DNA of 64,000 nt, taken from contig OX597824.1 in assembly GCA_951406725.2 (NCBI GenBank), positions 25,792,001 through 25,856,000 of the forward strand, given 5' to 3'. Positions 1 through 12,382 of the stretch are shown one piece after another. Position 1 is the stretch's first letter, and every line of letters starts with the position of its first letter. The translations under genes were made by a program, and so were the position numbers. The DNA is from Octopus vulgaris. Its lineage: Eukaryota. The notes under the pieces were generated by a model. That model did not search any database. It was not told where the DNA came from and saw only the letters and a program-made list of their open reading frames with translations.

Positions 1-336
1 CATATTCGATGCACCCCAAATTCAACATTGCATTTTCAGGAAAAATAGTTGTTAGTTTACTAAAGCGTGTAATATTTAAAGCAATTTAAGATTGCATTAC
101 AAAACATTATAAAAATACTTTAGCAACAGAGCTGAACATAAAGCAATGTCAAGCTAGGTTCAAGAGACCGTCTGGATTAAAATTAGCCTATAGTAGTGAG
201 TGTCAGGGACAAGCCTGGTTTAAAGGAGGACTAACTTTGCAAATAGAACCCGCGGGAGGAGAATGTTTTGAGACATTTTTTTTAGTAAAAGTGCATCTTA
301 TAAGCCATCGGATGCGGTAACTAGTATCATATAGAC

Positions 337-537
337 CAGTGCTTTTCAAACTTCTTGCTGGAGTAGAACCCCAAGGAAACATTCCACTGGCTCGAGGAAC
401 CCCTGTGCAATAATTTAATAGTTTTATGCACACATATCTGCACAGGAGAATTTAAAATCACTGCCGATTTTAGCAGTTTTGTAACTTCTTGCGGAACCCC
501 TGGACTGTACTGGCGGAACCCTGGTTGAAAACCACTG
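337..537. mobile_element. hAT/Charlie-type MITE
   Basis: CAGTGCTTTTCAAAC / GGTTGAAAACCACTG TIRs with perfect 8-bp TSD atatagac. Confidence 0.88.
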
Positions 538-1098
538 ATATAGACTTACTCTTAAAATACATGAGTATTTTAAAAGAGTAAGACTATACAGGGTATAGCC
601 TTACTTTTAAAATACATGAACACACTCAACACACGCACAAATAATAATATACACACATGCAAAATACACTTAAACATATATACGCACAAATATATATTTC
701 TACGCAAACATCGTCCATGCGGACGTAGACATGCTACTCTTCGTTTCCGAATAGGTTTTTCCACTTCTTTTCCTTCTTATTCGTTACGTTGGTTTTCCTG
801 ATGACTGAGAAGACCAATCCTTGTTCGTCATGAGCGTCCGTACGAGCAGCATTTGGCCGAGGGAAGTGGTGGATCTGATTAGGATTTGCAGTGTTTTCTT
901 TTTCTTTTTTTTTTCTTCCGTTTTCTTTGTGGTGTCATTTCATTTCTGCAATGTTCTTGCAGGCGCGTGTGCGCATATATATATATATGTGTGTGTGTGT
1001 GTGCATACTCGTATAAAGATATATATACATGCATATATATAGAGCGATGTATACATATATGTACAGACACACATATATACACACACACACACATATAT

Positions 1099-1131
<33 letters not shown>

Positions 1132-2249
1132 GCGCGAGAGAGAGAGAGAGTCTCACGCCGTTTTTCTTTTCATTCTCTCCGTTTTTTGCCCCTTAATACT
1201 TTCTGTCGAAGAGCGTAGACTCGAGACGTAAAACACTTTTCTATTCTTCCCGAGCGTTAAACTAATACAGCTGCTTGTTGCTCCCACACTCGTCTTCGTC
1301 TTTTAGTTTCTGTAAAGTTGAATTGTATGTATACACACATATGTATGCAAGCATAAACATACAGATGCATACATGCGCATATAATGCATGGTTAAAAGAA
1401 CATAAATCATCATCATTTAACGTCCGCTTTCCATGCTAGCATGGGTTGGACGATTTGTCTGAGGACTGGCGAACCAGATGGCTACATTAGGCTCCAATCT
1501 CGATCTGGCAGAGTTTCTACAGCTGGACGTCCTTCCTAACGCCAACCACTCCGAGAGTGTAGTAGGTGCTTTTACGTGCCACCGGCACGAGGGCCAGTCA
1601 GGCGGTACTGGCAACGGCCACGCTCAAATGGTGTTTTTTTACGTGCCACCTGCACAGGAGCCAGTCCTGTGAAGTTCAAAATTCACAAAAGCTGTTTCGG
1701 CAGCAATCTTACATTACATCATGACGAAAATCCGTAACCTTCGGGTAACTTTTACACCTACGTGTAAGGTAGAAATAGAAGCTTGATTCGCTCACCAGTT
1801 ACATGGTGTCCAAAATTTACCTGGTGATGGTAGATTTTTGCCATGATGTAATATAGGATTATTCTTTTATTTGTTTCAGTCATTTGACTGCGACCATGCT
1901 GCAGCACTGCCTTATAGGGCTTTAGTCGAACAAATCGACCCCAAGACTTTTTTAAAGCCTAGTATTTATTCTATTGGTCTCATTTTGCCGAACCGCTAGT
2001 TTATGGGGATGTAAACACACCAACATCAGTTGTCAAGTATTGATGGAGTTGGACAAACACAAGCCTACACATACACACACACATATATATATATATATAC
2101 GACGGGCTTCTTTCAGTTTCTGTCTACCAGAGCCACTCTCAAGGCTTTGGTCAGCCCAAGGCTATAGTAGAAGACACTTACCCAAGATGCCACGCAATGG
2201 AGACTTAACCCAGAACTATGTAAATGGGAAGTAAACTTCTTACCATACA

Positions 2250-2455
2250 GCCAAAATACTACCGAAACAGCTGTAGTGAATTTTGAAACTTATGTTCTCC
2301 TTTTATACATACGTAACAGTTGGAACCATCCCCGAGTTGGATCTACAGTTTGATTTGTATTGAGTACCTGTGTATATATGCACCTGTCTATGTGTATTTA
2401 TATATGCAGATATATGTGTGAGTGTATATGTGCATACATACAGCATACAACCAAC
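2250..2455 (+). repeat. ~200-bp local direct repeat, copy 1 (copy 2 at 3689-3890)
   Basis: gccaaaatactaccgaaacagctg...catacagcatacaaccaa occurs twice. Confidence 0.9.
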
Positions 2456-3106
2456 AAACAAACAATTTTAAGTTGCTCCAGAGTATTATAAGTTCAGTAC
2501 CTGGCCTATCCTGGTGTCCAGTATGTTGAAGTACCTTGATTCGAATGAATCCTGCAACTGACCTTTATATATAAATGCATGTATATGTACGTATATATAA
2601 TTAGTGCTTTATTATATATATGATTCACTTAATGCAAAAATTTTCACCTGTGATGTAATAATGGTCGCAATTCTTTAATAATTTTGCATTATCCTGCTTC
2701 ACACAAACACTTATTACTTTGGGTAACTTTAGTGGAGTTTCACCCTCGCCCACTCTGAAGCAAGCATTTGGGCCTCATTTTTGGTTTGAGGATACCATCC
2801 ACCCTAATCCCACCAATAGTCTTGAGGGCTTTTAGCAAGACAGACACTAGCTCTTCCCCTGATTAAACATATATCTGTGTAGAAGTATATGTTTGTGCGT
2901 GTATGCCTGTCTAATGTGTGTGCGTGTGTATAAAATATTCAACACTTAACGTCCACTTTAACATGCTTGCATGGATGGATGGATAGAATTTGTTGAGGTA
3001 GATTTTCTACAGCCTGATGTCCTTCCTCACATGAAGTCAAAGCAATAAGACAATAACACTCACACATTCACAGGTAGATATTCTAATGATTCTGCAAATT
3101 TGCCAC

Positions 3107-3184
3107 TTTATTTTAAGAGAACATAATGGAAAAAAAAAAGAAAATGAACAACGCATTAGATTTTTTAAAGATTTTTAGTTTATT
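3107..3184 (-). terminator. Candidate NDUFB11 polyadenylation signals
   Basis: AATAAA on the minus strand at 3179-3184 and 3107-3112, about 210-280 nt after the stop codon. Confidence 0.4.
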
Positions 3185-3390
3185 TGAAAGAAAAAAAAAA
3201 CTATATATAAAAAAAAATTCTTTTGAATCTTCAAAAAAAAATAAACAAAAAAACAACGTTCCAGCTAACATGTCTGACATCGCTTACACAGTCTTAACTA
3301 ATCCTGAGAGTAAAGGGACATTCTGTCACCACATATATGTCTATACTCTCTTGTTCCTTCATCATTTATGTCTCCTTCAGCTGGACAATG

Positions 3391-3538
3391 TTAAATTATG
3401 ATTTCTTGAGTTATTTCATCATCTGGCGGCAGTTCTATACTTTCAGGTGGTAAGAGGTCAGGTGATATTAAATCAAGACCATCACGTTCCCTGCGATCTA
3501 GCTCCAGGTAAGCTTCTCGTAGAGACCATTCTGTCAAC
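3391..3538 (-). CDS. NDUFB11: NDUFB11 coding exon 3 (last); absent from the ORF track
   Basis: Acceptor tttacctag|G completes an AGG codon. LTEWSLREAYLELDRRERDGLDLISPDLLPPESIELPPDDEITQEIII* matches the ESSS C-terminus (EW.xREA...RE..GL...I.LP). Total 164 aa. Confidence 0.95.
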
Positions 3539-4437
3539 CTAGGTAAATAGACAAAACACGACATTATAGAATGAAGAGAGATGAAGGGAGGGGGTTAAAC
3601 TGGAACTGAAGGTGGAAAAGAGAATCAAGTGCACTGGTGACAGAGCAAGAGAGGAAAGAGAAGGGTGAAAGGTATAGAATCCAGGAGAGCCAAAATACTA
3701 CCGAAACAGCTGTAGTGAATTTTGAAACTTTTCTCCTTTTAAACATATGTAACACTTGGAACCATCCCTGAGTTAGATTTACAGTTTGTATTGTATTGAG
3801 TACCTGTGTAGATATGCACCTGTCTATGTGTATTTATATATACAGATATATGTGTGAGTGTATATTTGCATACATACAGCATACAACCAAGACAAGAGGA
3901 GAGAAGAGTAAATGAAAAACAAAAGAGAATTCATTTAAAATTAGAGGTAACAGTCATTTAGTACATATTTTATAGCTTACACAGTAAAAGAATCTTTTGT
4001 AGGGGCCCCTAAGACTGGTAGAGGAAGGGAAGAGTTTTTGTTTCTTTGCTGGTGGCAATACCAGTGCCGGTGTGGCACGTAAAAGAACCATCCGAACGTG
4101 GCCATTGCCAGCACCACCCCGACTAGCCTCTGTGCCAGTGGCACCTAAAAAGCACCAGCCAATCGTGGCTGTTGCCAGCCTTTCCTGGCACCATGCCGGT
4201 GGTACATAAAAAGCACCCACTACACTCACGGAGTGGTTGGTGTTAGGAAGGGCATCCAGCTGTAGAAACACTGCCAGATCAGACTGGGCCTAGTGCAGCC
4301 TCCTGGCTTCCCAGACCCCAGTCGAACCGTCCAACCCATGCTAGCATGGAGAGCAGACGTTAAACGATGTACGATGATGACTCTCAACAAGCCAGAAGAT
4401 GGTGTCCAACCAGATGATGTATTAAGTTTTGTTTCTT

Positions 4438-5028
4438 TTAACCCTTTGGCGTTTAATCTGGCCATATCTGGCCTAAATATTCTACTTGCTTTATGTTTAA
4501 CTCTTTATCTAAACAAGCCATATCTGGGCCAAATATTCTTCTTGTTTTGTGTTTATACTAGCCAGATCTGGCTTCTTAGACCTACCCTACAATGTCATTC
4601 TGCAAGTAAAGAATACCATCATTGAAATCTTAAAGCTACAAGACAATGCAGGAGTAGGAGTAATTCACAATAATGTAATTGGATGCACAATGGCCCAGTG
4701 GTTAGGGCAGTGGACTCACGGCCGTAGGATCGTGGTTTTGATTCCCAGACCAAGCGTTGTGAGTGTTTATTGAGCGAAAACGCCTAAAGCTCCATGAGGC
4801 TCCGGCAGGGGGGTGGGGTGGCGATCCCTGCTGTACTCTTTCGCTGCAACTTTCTCTCACTCTTTCTTCTGTTGGCCTGCTCGTTTAGCCAGTGAGGTGG
4901 TGTCATTTGAAAGCTAAAACAATGTGAAGCGCATTGTGACCAGCGATGTGTAGCAACATCTGATAGCCTGGTTGGTCACGGTGATAAGCATTACATTTGA
5001 TAAGGGTAATCTGAATGCTAAAGGGTTA
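4438..5028. mobile_element. Second TTAA-flanked MITE family (SINE inserted at 4681-4985; related copies 5030-5191, 25359-25586, 41790-41960)
   Basis: TTAA|CCCTTTGGCG ... ATGCTAAAGGG|TTAA. Confidence 0.7.
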
Positions 5029-5221
5029 AGCTAATCAGATCAGGCCCCTCACACCTATCCTACAATATCATCTTAAAAATAAACAATCACATCATTGAAA
5101 TCTCAAAGCTATGACATAACACATGATTAATTTCAAATATTAATAAATAAGCTTTTCACAGAACAGATTAATCTGAATGCTTAAGGGTTAAGGACTCCAT
5201 CTTAAGGAGAAGGCTACCACA

Positions 5222-5392
5222 AGGGCCAGTCCTTGTTGCGATGTGGTAACCTGTGCCTCAATGACCTTGAGAACTATGTCAGCAGCAGAGTGCAAGTTCC
5301 TAGTAGGGCTCCTCATGCTGGACAGGTCCTAAGATAGAGGCCAGACTAATTTGGGCCAAATCTTCCCTGAGGTAAAAAGAGGTTTGTGTAGG
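5222..5392 (+). mobile_element. RTE-type 5'UTR fragment (matching 3' end near 6620-6765)
   Basis: ccttgttgcg...cctcaatgaccttgagaactatg...gtagggctcctcatgctggacaggtc...gaggccagactaa resembles BovB/Expander 5' ends. 6700-6760 reads WRDVIDGLYSIGSEGSK* followed by a taag tail. Confidence 0.55.
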
Positions 5393-5393
5393 T

Positions 5394-6237
5394 CAGTAAT
5401 TCTCAAACAGGGTCCATGCAACCCCTGGGGGTACACGCAAGCAAAATAATAAATTGGGGACCCACAATAGTAGTTTAAGGGTCCATGAAAATAATCTTGA
5501 TCATCATCATCATCATCGTTTAACGTCCGTTCTCCATGCTAGCATGGGTTGGACGGTCCGACCGGGGATCTGGGAAGCCAGAAGGCTGCACCAGGCCCTG
5601 GTCTTATCTGGCAATGTTTCTACAGCTGGATGCCCTTCCTAACGCCAACCACTCCGTGAGTGTAGTGGGTGCTTTTTACGTGCCACCTGCACTGGAGCCA
5701 GGCGAGGCTGGCATCGGCCATGGTCAGATTGGTGCATTTTACGTACCACCTGCATGGAAGCCAGTCGAGGCGGCGCTGGCATCGGCCACGATTCGGATAG
5801 TGCTTTTTACGTATCTCCAGTCCAGGGGTCCTGGCATCTGCCAGGTGCCAGTCATAGGATTGGTTCAATTTCGATTCCGATTTCACTTGCCCCAACAAGT
5901 CTTCGCAAACAAAGGGGGGTAGGCATAGGTGCCTCAACAGGTCTTTGTGTGTCCAATGGAGGAGAGGCATGCATAAGTGGGCTGGACTCACTTGTCCTGC
6001 CTGGTCTTTTCACGCACAGCATAAGATATGTTTATTGCAAGAAACAGCTTGGTTTCTTTATCTATCATTTTACATGGTTCAACCTATACAAGTTAATTTG
6101 GGAGAAACAAAATAGGAATTTCAAAAGAAGTATCTATAAAACTAGTCTTTAAACATTGAATGGCTATGGGGGTCCGCTAGAGTAAAAGAGTAATGAAAGG
6201 GGTCTGTAGATGAAAAAAAAGTGGTTGAGAACCCCTG
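5394..6237. mobile_element. hAT-type MITE interrupted by an RTE 3' copy
   Basis: CAGTAATTCTCAAAC ... GGTTGAGAACCCCTG ends; TSD not clear. Confidence 0.6.
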
Positions 6238-7202
6238 GTAGAGGACCAGAAGCTTGCTTCCCAACCACATGGTTCTAGGTTCAGTCCCACTGTGTGACAC
6301 TTTGGGTAAGGGTCTTCTACTATAGCCTTGGCCTGACCAATGCCTTGTAAGTGGATTTGAAGGACAGAAACTGTATATATGTATATATTAATGTGTCTCA
6401 TTGTGTCTGTTTGTCCTACCACCATAGCTTGACAACTGATGTTGATGCGTTTATGTCCATGTAACTTAGCAGCTCAGCAAAATGTAACTGATAGAATAAG
6501 TACAAGGCTGACAAAGAATATGTCCTGAGGTCGATTTGTTTGACTAAAACCCTCTAAGGTGTTGCTCCAGCAAGGCCATAGTCAAAGGACTGAAACAAGT
6601 AAAATAAAAGATCAGTTACAATTTGAAACCAACCAGACCTGGGGAAGAAGGGCTTTGTATACAGGATGAAACAGAAAGGACAGTCACAGAGTCAAGAACA
6701 GTGGAGAGATGTCATTGATGGCCTATATTCCATAGGAAGTGAAGGGTCTAAATGAGTAAGTTAAAAGCAGCACTCATGACTCTTATTAGGACCTCTGAAA
6801 GTGATGAAAAGAAAGGAGGGTGTTAACTACAAACTGGAGCAATCACCCAAATGCACACTAAAGTCCACTAAATATGTCCAAAGGTCAGATGGTGGAGTTA
6901 AGCCAGGTGATGAATTAAATTTACAACTCAAGAAAAGTAACGGGTCCATCTAACAAGTTTCTAGTTTCCAGCTGCCCACAATGCCCTTGGTCAAACTGAG
7001 GCAATAGAAGATACATGTCAAGGGACCCACAGAGTGGAAACAAAGAAATGGGCCCAACATACTACAGGAAGCCATGCCTACACCCCAGGGTATGTTAATC
7101 TTAATAACTATTTGTTTAATGTATCATCAATTCTATTAGGTTGTCCAGGAAGTTTTGAGCATTTTTAATACGCAAAAAGAGATAGAAATAATTGACTTTT
7201 AA

Positions 7203-8254
7203 CCCTTTCGTTACCAAACTGCCCGAAAAAAATTTTGGTTAATGTGACCAAACTGCCCAAAGCCGCCCGAATTTACCTATTCATATTTAAATGAGAATAT
7301 CAGAGCAAATCTCTTTAGTACATTCGTGAAAATATGAATTATACTTCGTAAAGAGTTCAACTACAGTTTTGTACAAAAATCGAAGTGCGATTTTAATTCC
7401 GTGAATTTTGGGAGATTTTTTTTCCGAAATTTCTTCCTATTGTGTTTTCAAAATTTGTAATTCTGACAAAAAATGGATACGAATTTCATTATATCAAGCA
7501 GCGAGTCAGAATTCGAAGGATTTTCTACTGAAGACCTTCATAAATCTAACTCTATGACTGAAAAAAAAAAAGCATGTGGTATTTGATAATGAATCTGATG
7601 TTTCATTTTCCGAAAGTGAAAACAGTGAATCCGAGAGCTCCGACAGCGATAAAGAAAATGAATTGGCACCTGAATGGAGTGAAAATTTAAAAACTGTTTC
7701 TTTCGGTGATTTTTCTGAAGAAACTGGACCTAGCCACAGACTTTCCCAGAAGAGTAAAGCCTTAAACTATTTCTTTTTACTTTTTCGAATGAGCCTATTT
7801 GAAATCATTACGGCGGAAACGAACCATTACGCTAAATGTAAACAAAACGAAAGAAAGGATACTTTGTGTTTTCCCACAACCTTAAATGAAATTAAGGGTA
7901 TCAAAAAGTTACCCAGAATAACAAATTCTATCGTAAAATTTTGTTGTATACCCAATAGAATATTAGCTAATAACCCATTTTCTATAGCGATGTTTGAACA
8001 AAATTTTAATAATTTTATATTTTGTTGAATTTACCTGTATCTACCTGCAATTAGAGTCACTTTGTGACAAAAATTATAGTATAGAATTGGTTGAGAACAT
8101 TTCATTAAATTATCTTCCCAAATTCACGTTAATATATTGATAAGTAAAAAAGTTATAGTTGTTTAATGAAACCAGACTAAATTTATGATTACGTTAGAAA
8201 TTAATTGAAACACATAAGGGGTGTATTTTGGTCAGAAATATAGTAACGAAAGGA
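7203..8254 (+). mobile_element. Internally deleted piggyBac (PGBD4-like) element inside the mariner
   Basis: TTAA|CCCTTTCGTTACCA ... TAGTAACGAAAGGA|TTAA. ORF 7576-8028 has an acidic N-terminus and LF...I..ETNHYA...PTTLNEIK, the start of the piggyBac transposase domain. Confidence 0.88.
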
Positions 8255-9299
8255 TTAAATAAATTTTATTCAATGAAATAATTTCCATTAATATTAATGA
8301 CTTTTGCCGATCTATCAGGTAATTTAAATATTCCATCAACAAAATTTGACTGGTTTTTGAAAAGTTATCCAGATGTATTTTGACTCCATCTAAATCGTTA
8401 AATGTTTTTCCTTGCAATGAGTCCTGTCAAGACAAAAACAAGTGGTAGTCGGATGGCGCAATATCAGGAGAATATGGTGGATGGTATAAGAGATCCCAGC
8501 CAAGTTCATGTAACTTTGTTTGGGTAGCCAAAGACACGTTGTCGGGCATTGTCTTGTTGGAACACTACCACTTTCCTGCTGACAATCTCTGGTCTCAATT
8601 CTTAGATTTTTGGTTCAAATTAGCCAGCTGACAACAGTACACATCAGAATTAATGGTTTGGTTTTGTGGGAGAAGCTCATAATAAATAATGCCTTTATGA
8701 TCCCACTAAACACAAAGCATAGCATTTTTGGCATGGATATTCATCTTTGCTTGCTGTTTTGAGGGATCCTTACTCAAACTCCAGGATCTTTTTCGCATTA
8801 AGTTTTTGTACACAATCCATTTTCCATCTCCACTCACAAGTTGTTCCAAAAAAAAAAAAGAAAAAAAGGCATGCTTTCATTTTGTTTCAAAAGCATATCA
8901 CAAATGGAATACCAGTCTAAACCATTCTTTTCTGAGAGTCTGTGAGGGACCCATATCTTATAACAAGAAATGTATCCTAGCTTCACTAGGTATTTATGAG
9001 CCGTACTTTTTGAAACATCCAACTCTTCTGCAAGTTCTCTAGTCGTGATATTTGAGTTTCTTTGATTTTTGCCTTCAAAACAGTTTCATCCAATTTTGAA
9101 GGTCTTCCACTGCGACTGTCATCCCCAAAGCTAAACTCTCCAGCATTAAATTTTTGCAAGCCACCTTCAAACAGTTGATTCACCTACAGTATCATCACCA
9201 TAAACTTCACAAATGTTTACACAAATCTTTGCAGCATTTTCTTATTTAAAAAGAAAAGCATTACAACGTGAATATGAAATTTTTGGTCATCCATTTCAA

Positions 9300-9440
9300 A
9301 TGTCAAAGGTAACCAGAACTACATGCACTCCTCTCATGTTTATTAATGACTTCAATCTTCCATCGTATCGTAATCAGCTTATTCTTCTTCTCAGCACTGT
9401 CCTTTGCATTAACCTTCTTAGGACCCACGGCTAACACAAA
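9300..9440 (-). mobile_element. Tigger transposase 5' fragment
   Basis: Reverse-complement homolog of 13620-13740 (GPKKVNAKDSAEKKNKLITI). Confidence 0.75.
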
Positions 9441-10271
9441 TCGAAGGGTAACCAGAATGAAAGATAAATCTATTTTTAGTCAGCAACAAAGAGATGCACT
9501 ACCACTTCAAGCAACACCCAAGTTTTAACTGTGTTATGTTTCTGGTGTGCTCAATGAATTGTTCTCTCTCTCTCTCTCTCTTTACTCTTTTACTTGTTCC
9601 AGTCATTTGACTGCGGCCATGCTGGAGCACCGCCTTTAGTCGAGCAAATCGACCCCGGAACTTATTCTTTGTAAGCCCAGCACTTATTCTATCGGTCTCT
9701 TTTGCCAAACCGCTAAGTTACGGAGACGTAAACACACCAACATCGGTTGTCAAGCGATGTTGGGGAGACAAACACAGACACACACATACATATATATATA
9801 TATATACATATATACGATGGGCTTCTTTCAGTTTCCGTCTACCAAATCCACTCACAAGGCTTCGGACGGCCCGAGGCTATAGTAAAAGACACTTGCCCAA
9901 GGTGCCACGCAGTGGGATTGAACCCGGAACCATGTGGTTCGTAAGCAAGCTACTTACCACACAGCCACTCCTGTTAAAAGATTTGGCTTAAAAACACTCA
10001 GAACTTTCTGGACAACCTAATAAATGTTTTGTTAGACTGTTGTGTGTAAGAATGTGAGTTTATGTGTTGTCGTCATCATCATCATCATTTAGCATTCACT
10101 TGTGAAGGTTTGTGGCTTAGTGGTTAGGATATGGGACTCGTAATCAATTCCTAGACCTGGTGACATATTGTCTTCTTGAGCAAAACACTATTTCACATTG
10201 CCCCAGTCCAGTCAGCTGGCAAAAATGAGTAATCCTGCAATGGACTGGCATCCCATGCAGTGAGGAATATA

Positions 10272-10477
10272 CAAGGGGGTGCTGATAATTTCCTGGTTTT
10301 AAAGGTATTGCAAAAGGCCAGGTTGGAGGCCCAACCTTCGGAGTTCTTTTACAGGGATTAGAAGGACCACTGCAATGAGTATGTGAATCTGAGAGGGGAA
10401 TATGCTGAGTAAAATTATAACTGATCCGCCTGTATTTTCTTTTAACCCAAAGCTACGAACTATTCAGCAGCCCCTTG
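10272..10477. mobile_element. Mariner-derived MITE (related copy about 62030-62540, interrupted by an RTE end)
   Basis: TA|CAAGGGGGTGCTGATAA ... TTCAGCAGCCCCTTG|TA. Confidence 0.8.
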
Positions 10478-10981
10478 TATATGCCACAGAAACTGGGAAA
10501 CCAGCCCTATGACTCAGGATCATTTAACATTCATTTTTCTATGCATGCATGGATCAGATGGAATTTGTTGAGGCACCTTTTCTATTGCCAACCCTCACCT
10601 GTTTCCAAATGAAATAAAACTGGACCATGGCCAGACAGGATTTTAATGGAAGACTAGAAATTAACAACATCACCTGTATGACAGTGATAATCATTTACAA
10701 CCATCACATGATGTCAGGACAAGGGCATGCACAAACACACACACCTATACACAATGGGCTTCTTTCAGTTTCTGTCCACCAAATCCACTCACAAGGTTTT
10801 GGCTGGCCTGGGGCTATAGTAGAAGACACTTGCCTCTAAGATGCCACACACTGGGATTGAACCCCAGACGACATGGTTGGGAAGCAAATAGTAGAGCTAC
10901 TGAGACCACAAAGATTATAGAAACAAAGGTCAAAAATAAAAGCATAAAAAAATAAAAGATAAATTGAAAAATTAGAAATAC

Positions 10982-11115
10982 CTCCGATCAGGTAGATATG
11001 CTAGCAAAAAGGTTCCGCCCACAAGACATAGCGTTATTGAGAGAAACATGGTCATGTTGTGGATAAAACGATCCAGGTCTTTATCAACAAAATCATAACC
11101 ATAGGTAATCCAGTT
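10982..11115 (-). CDS. NDUFB11: NDUFB11 coding exon 2 (transmembrane helix)
   Basis: Acceptor ttcag|AAC. NWITYGYDFVDKDLDRFIHNMTMFLSITLCLVGGTFLLAYLPDR matches the ESSS GYD...TM...AYLPD motif. Donor AG|gtattt (phase 2). Confidence 0.95.
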
Positions 11116-11967
11116 CTGAAAATATAAACAAAATTTTGTTACTTTTAAGTAAAACATTTTAGTAAAACATTGTTTGCAAAAATGTCTGAATTGTCATCAT
11201 TGCCATTGTTGTCATCATTTTAAAATCTACTTTCCAATGTCTGCATGGAGCAGATGGAATTTACTGAAACATTTTCTAAAGCCTTCCTGTTGTCAGCTGG
11301 CTTACTCTTTTCTCTTTTACTCTTTTACTTGTTTCAGTCATTTGACTGCGGCCATGCTGGAGCACCACCTTTAGTCGAGCAAATCGACCCCAGGACTTAT
11401 TCTTTGTAAGCCCAGTACTTATTCTATCGGTCTCTTTTGCCGAACCGCTAACTGATGGGGACGTAAACACACCAGCATCGATGGTCAAGCAATGCTAGGG
11501 GGACAAACACAAACACACACACACACATACATATATATACATATATACGACAGGCTTCTTTCAGTTTCCGTCTACCAAATCCACTCACAAGGCATTGGTT
11601 GGCCCGAGGCTATAGCAGAAGACACTTGCCCAAGATGCCACGCAGTGGGACTGAACCCGGAACCATGTGGTTGGTTAGCAAGCTACTTACCACACAGCCA
11701 CTCCTGCGCCTATAACATTGCTTAGTAACATTTCTTCCAGTTTTGTGTTCCAAGTTCAAATTTCACAGAGGTTGACTTTGCCCTTGATCCTTTCGGGTTT
11801 CATAAGATGAATGATGTAGTCAATTAACCCCACCCCACAAAATTTCAGGCATTGTGAGTGAGTGTGTGTGTGTGTGTGCGTCTGAGTTTGTCCTTGTCCC
11901 ACCACCACCGGACAACCAGCATAAGTTTGTTTACGTCTCCGTAATTTAGCTGCTCAGCAAAAGAGAC

Positions 11968-12382
11968 AGATCTTTTCGGTTTGAACGGCAGTTTTTAACT
12001 AAAAAATTTCTAGGTAACTAAAAAATTTTAAACTTCGTATACTGGTAGAATGTGTTTATAAAACATCTTTTTCTCTTGGCTTTATTGAGAAAATTCTATG
12101 CTTTGTAAGATATTTGGGGTTTTTTCTTCAATTTCTGCAATTTCAACCAATCAATGGCGTCTATTGAGGTGAAAACATTCTGTGCCGTATGAATATGTCT
12201 CTCATTTAAGAAACAGATTGGGTTTATTTACATTTGTGAAGAAAAAAAGGTACCCTTCCCCCCACTCCTCACCTTAACCCTAAAAGAGATTGAAATGCAA
12301 TAGATCGATACTAGGGTCATAATTATGGGTGGAAATTTCATGACACTGCTAGAAAAAACTGCCGTTCAAACCGAAAAGATCC
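11968..12382. mobile_element. MITE with GG-terminal ~28-bp TIRs and 8-bp TSD (Merlin-like)
   Basis: (G)GATCTTTTCGGTTTGAACGGCAGTTTT TIRs; TSD aaagagac/taagagac. Confidence 0.85.

Larger units (their letters stand above)
7136..10020 (-). mobile_element. Decayed mariner transposon hosting nested insertions
   Basis: TIRs ttaggttgtccaggaagttttgag / ctcagaactttctggacaacctaa with TA on both sides. Minus-strand fragments RSGRPS, WVPHRL, GDGKW, HPPYSPDIAPSDYHLF. Confidence 0.9.

Noticed and set aside
821-1218. Overlapping ORFs rich in YI/CV/HT
   Set aside because: Translations of dinucleotide microsatellites.
5536-5922. Recurrent ORFs such as MLAWVGR...FLQLDALPNANHS and YDGLLSVSVYQIHSQG as a protein family
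   Set aside because: Antisense translations of the RTE 3'UTR and SINE A, with frameshifts between copies and no splice support.
7576-8028. Domesticated PGBD gene
   Set aside because: The catalytic DDD core is deleted, the ORF runs into non-coding element sequence, and TIRs and TTAA are intact.
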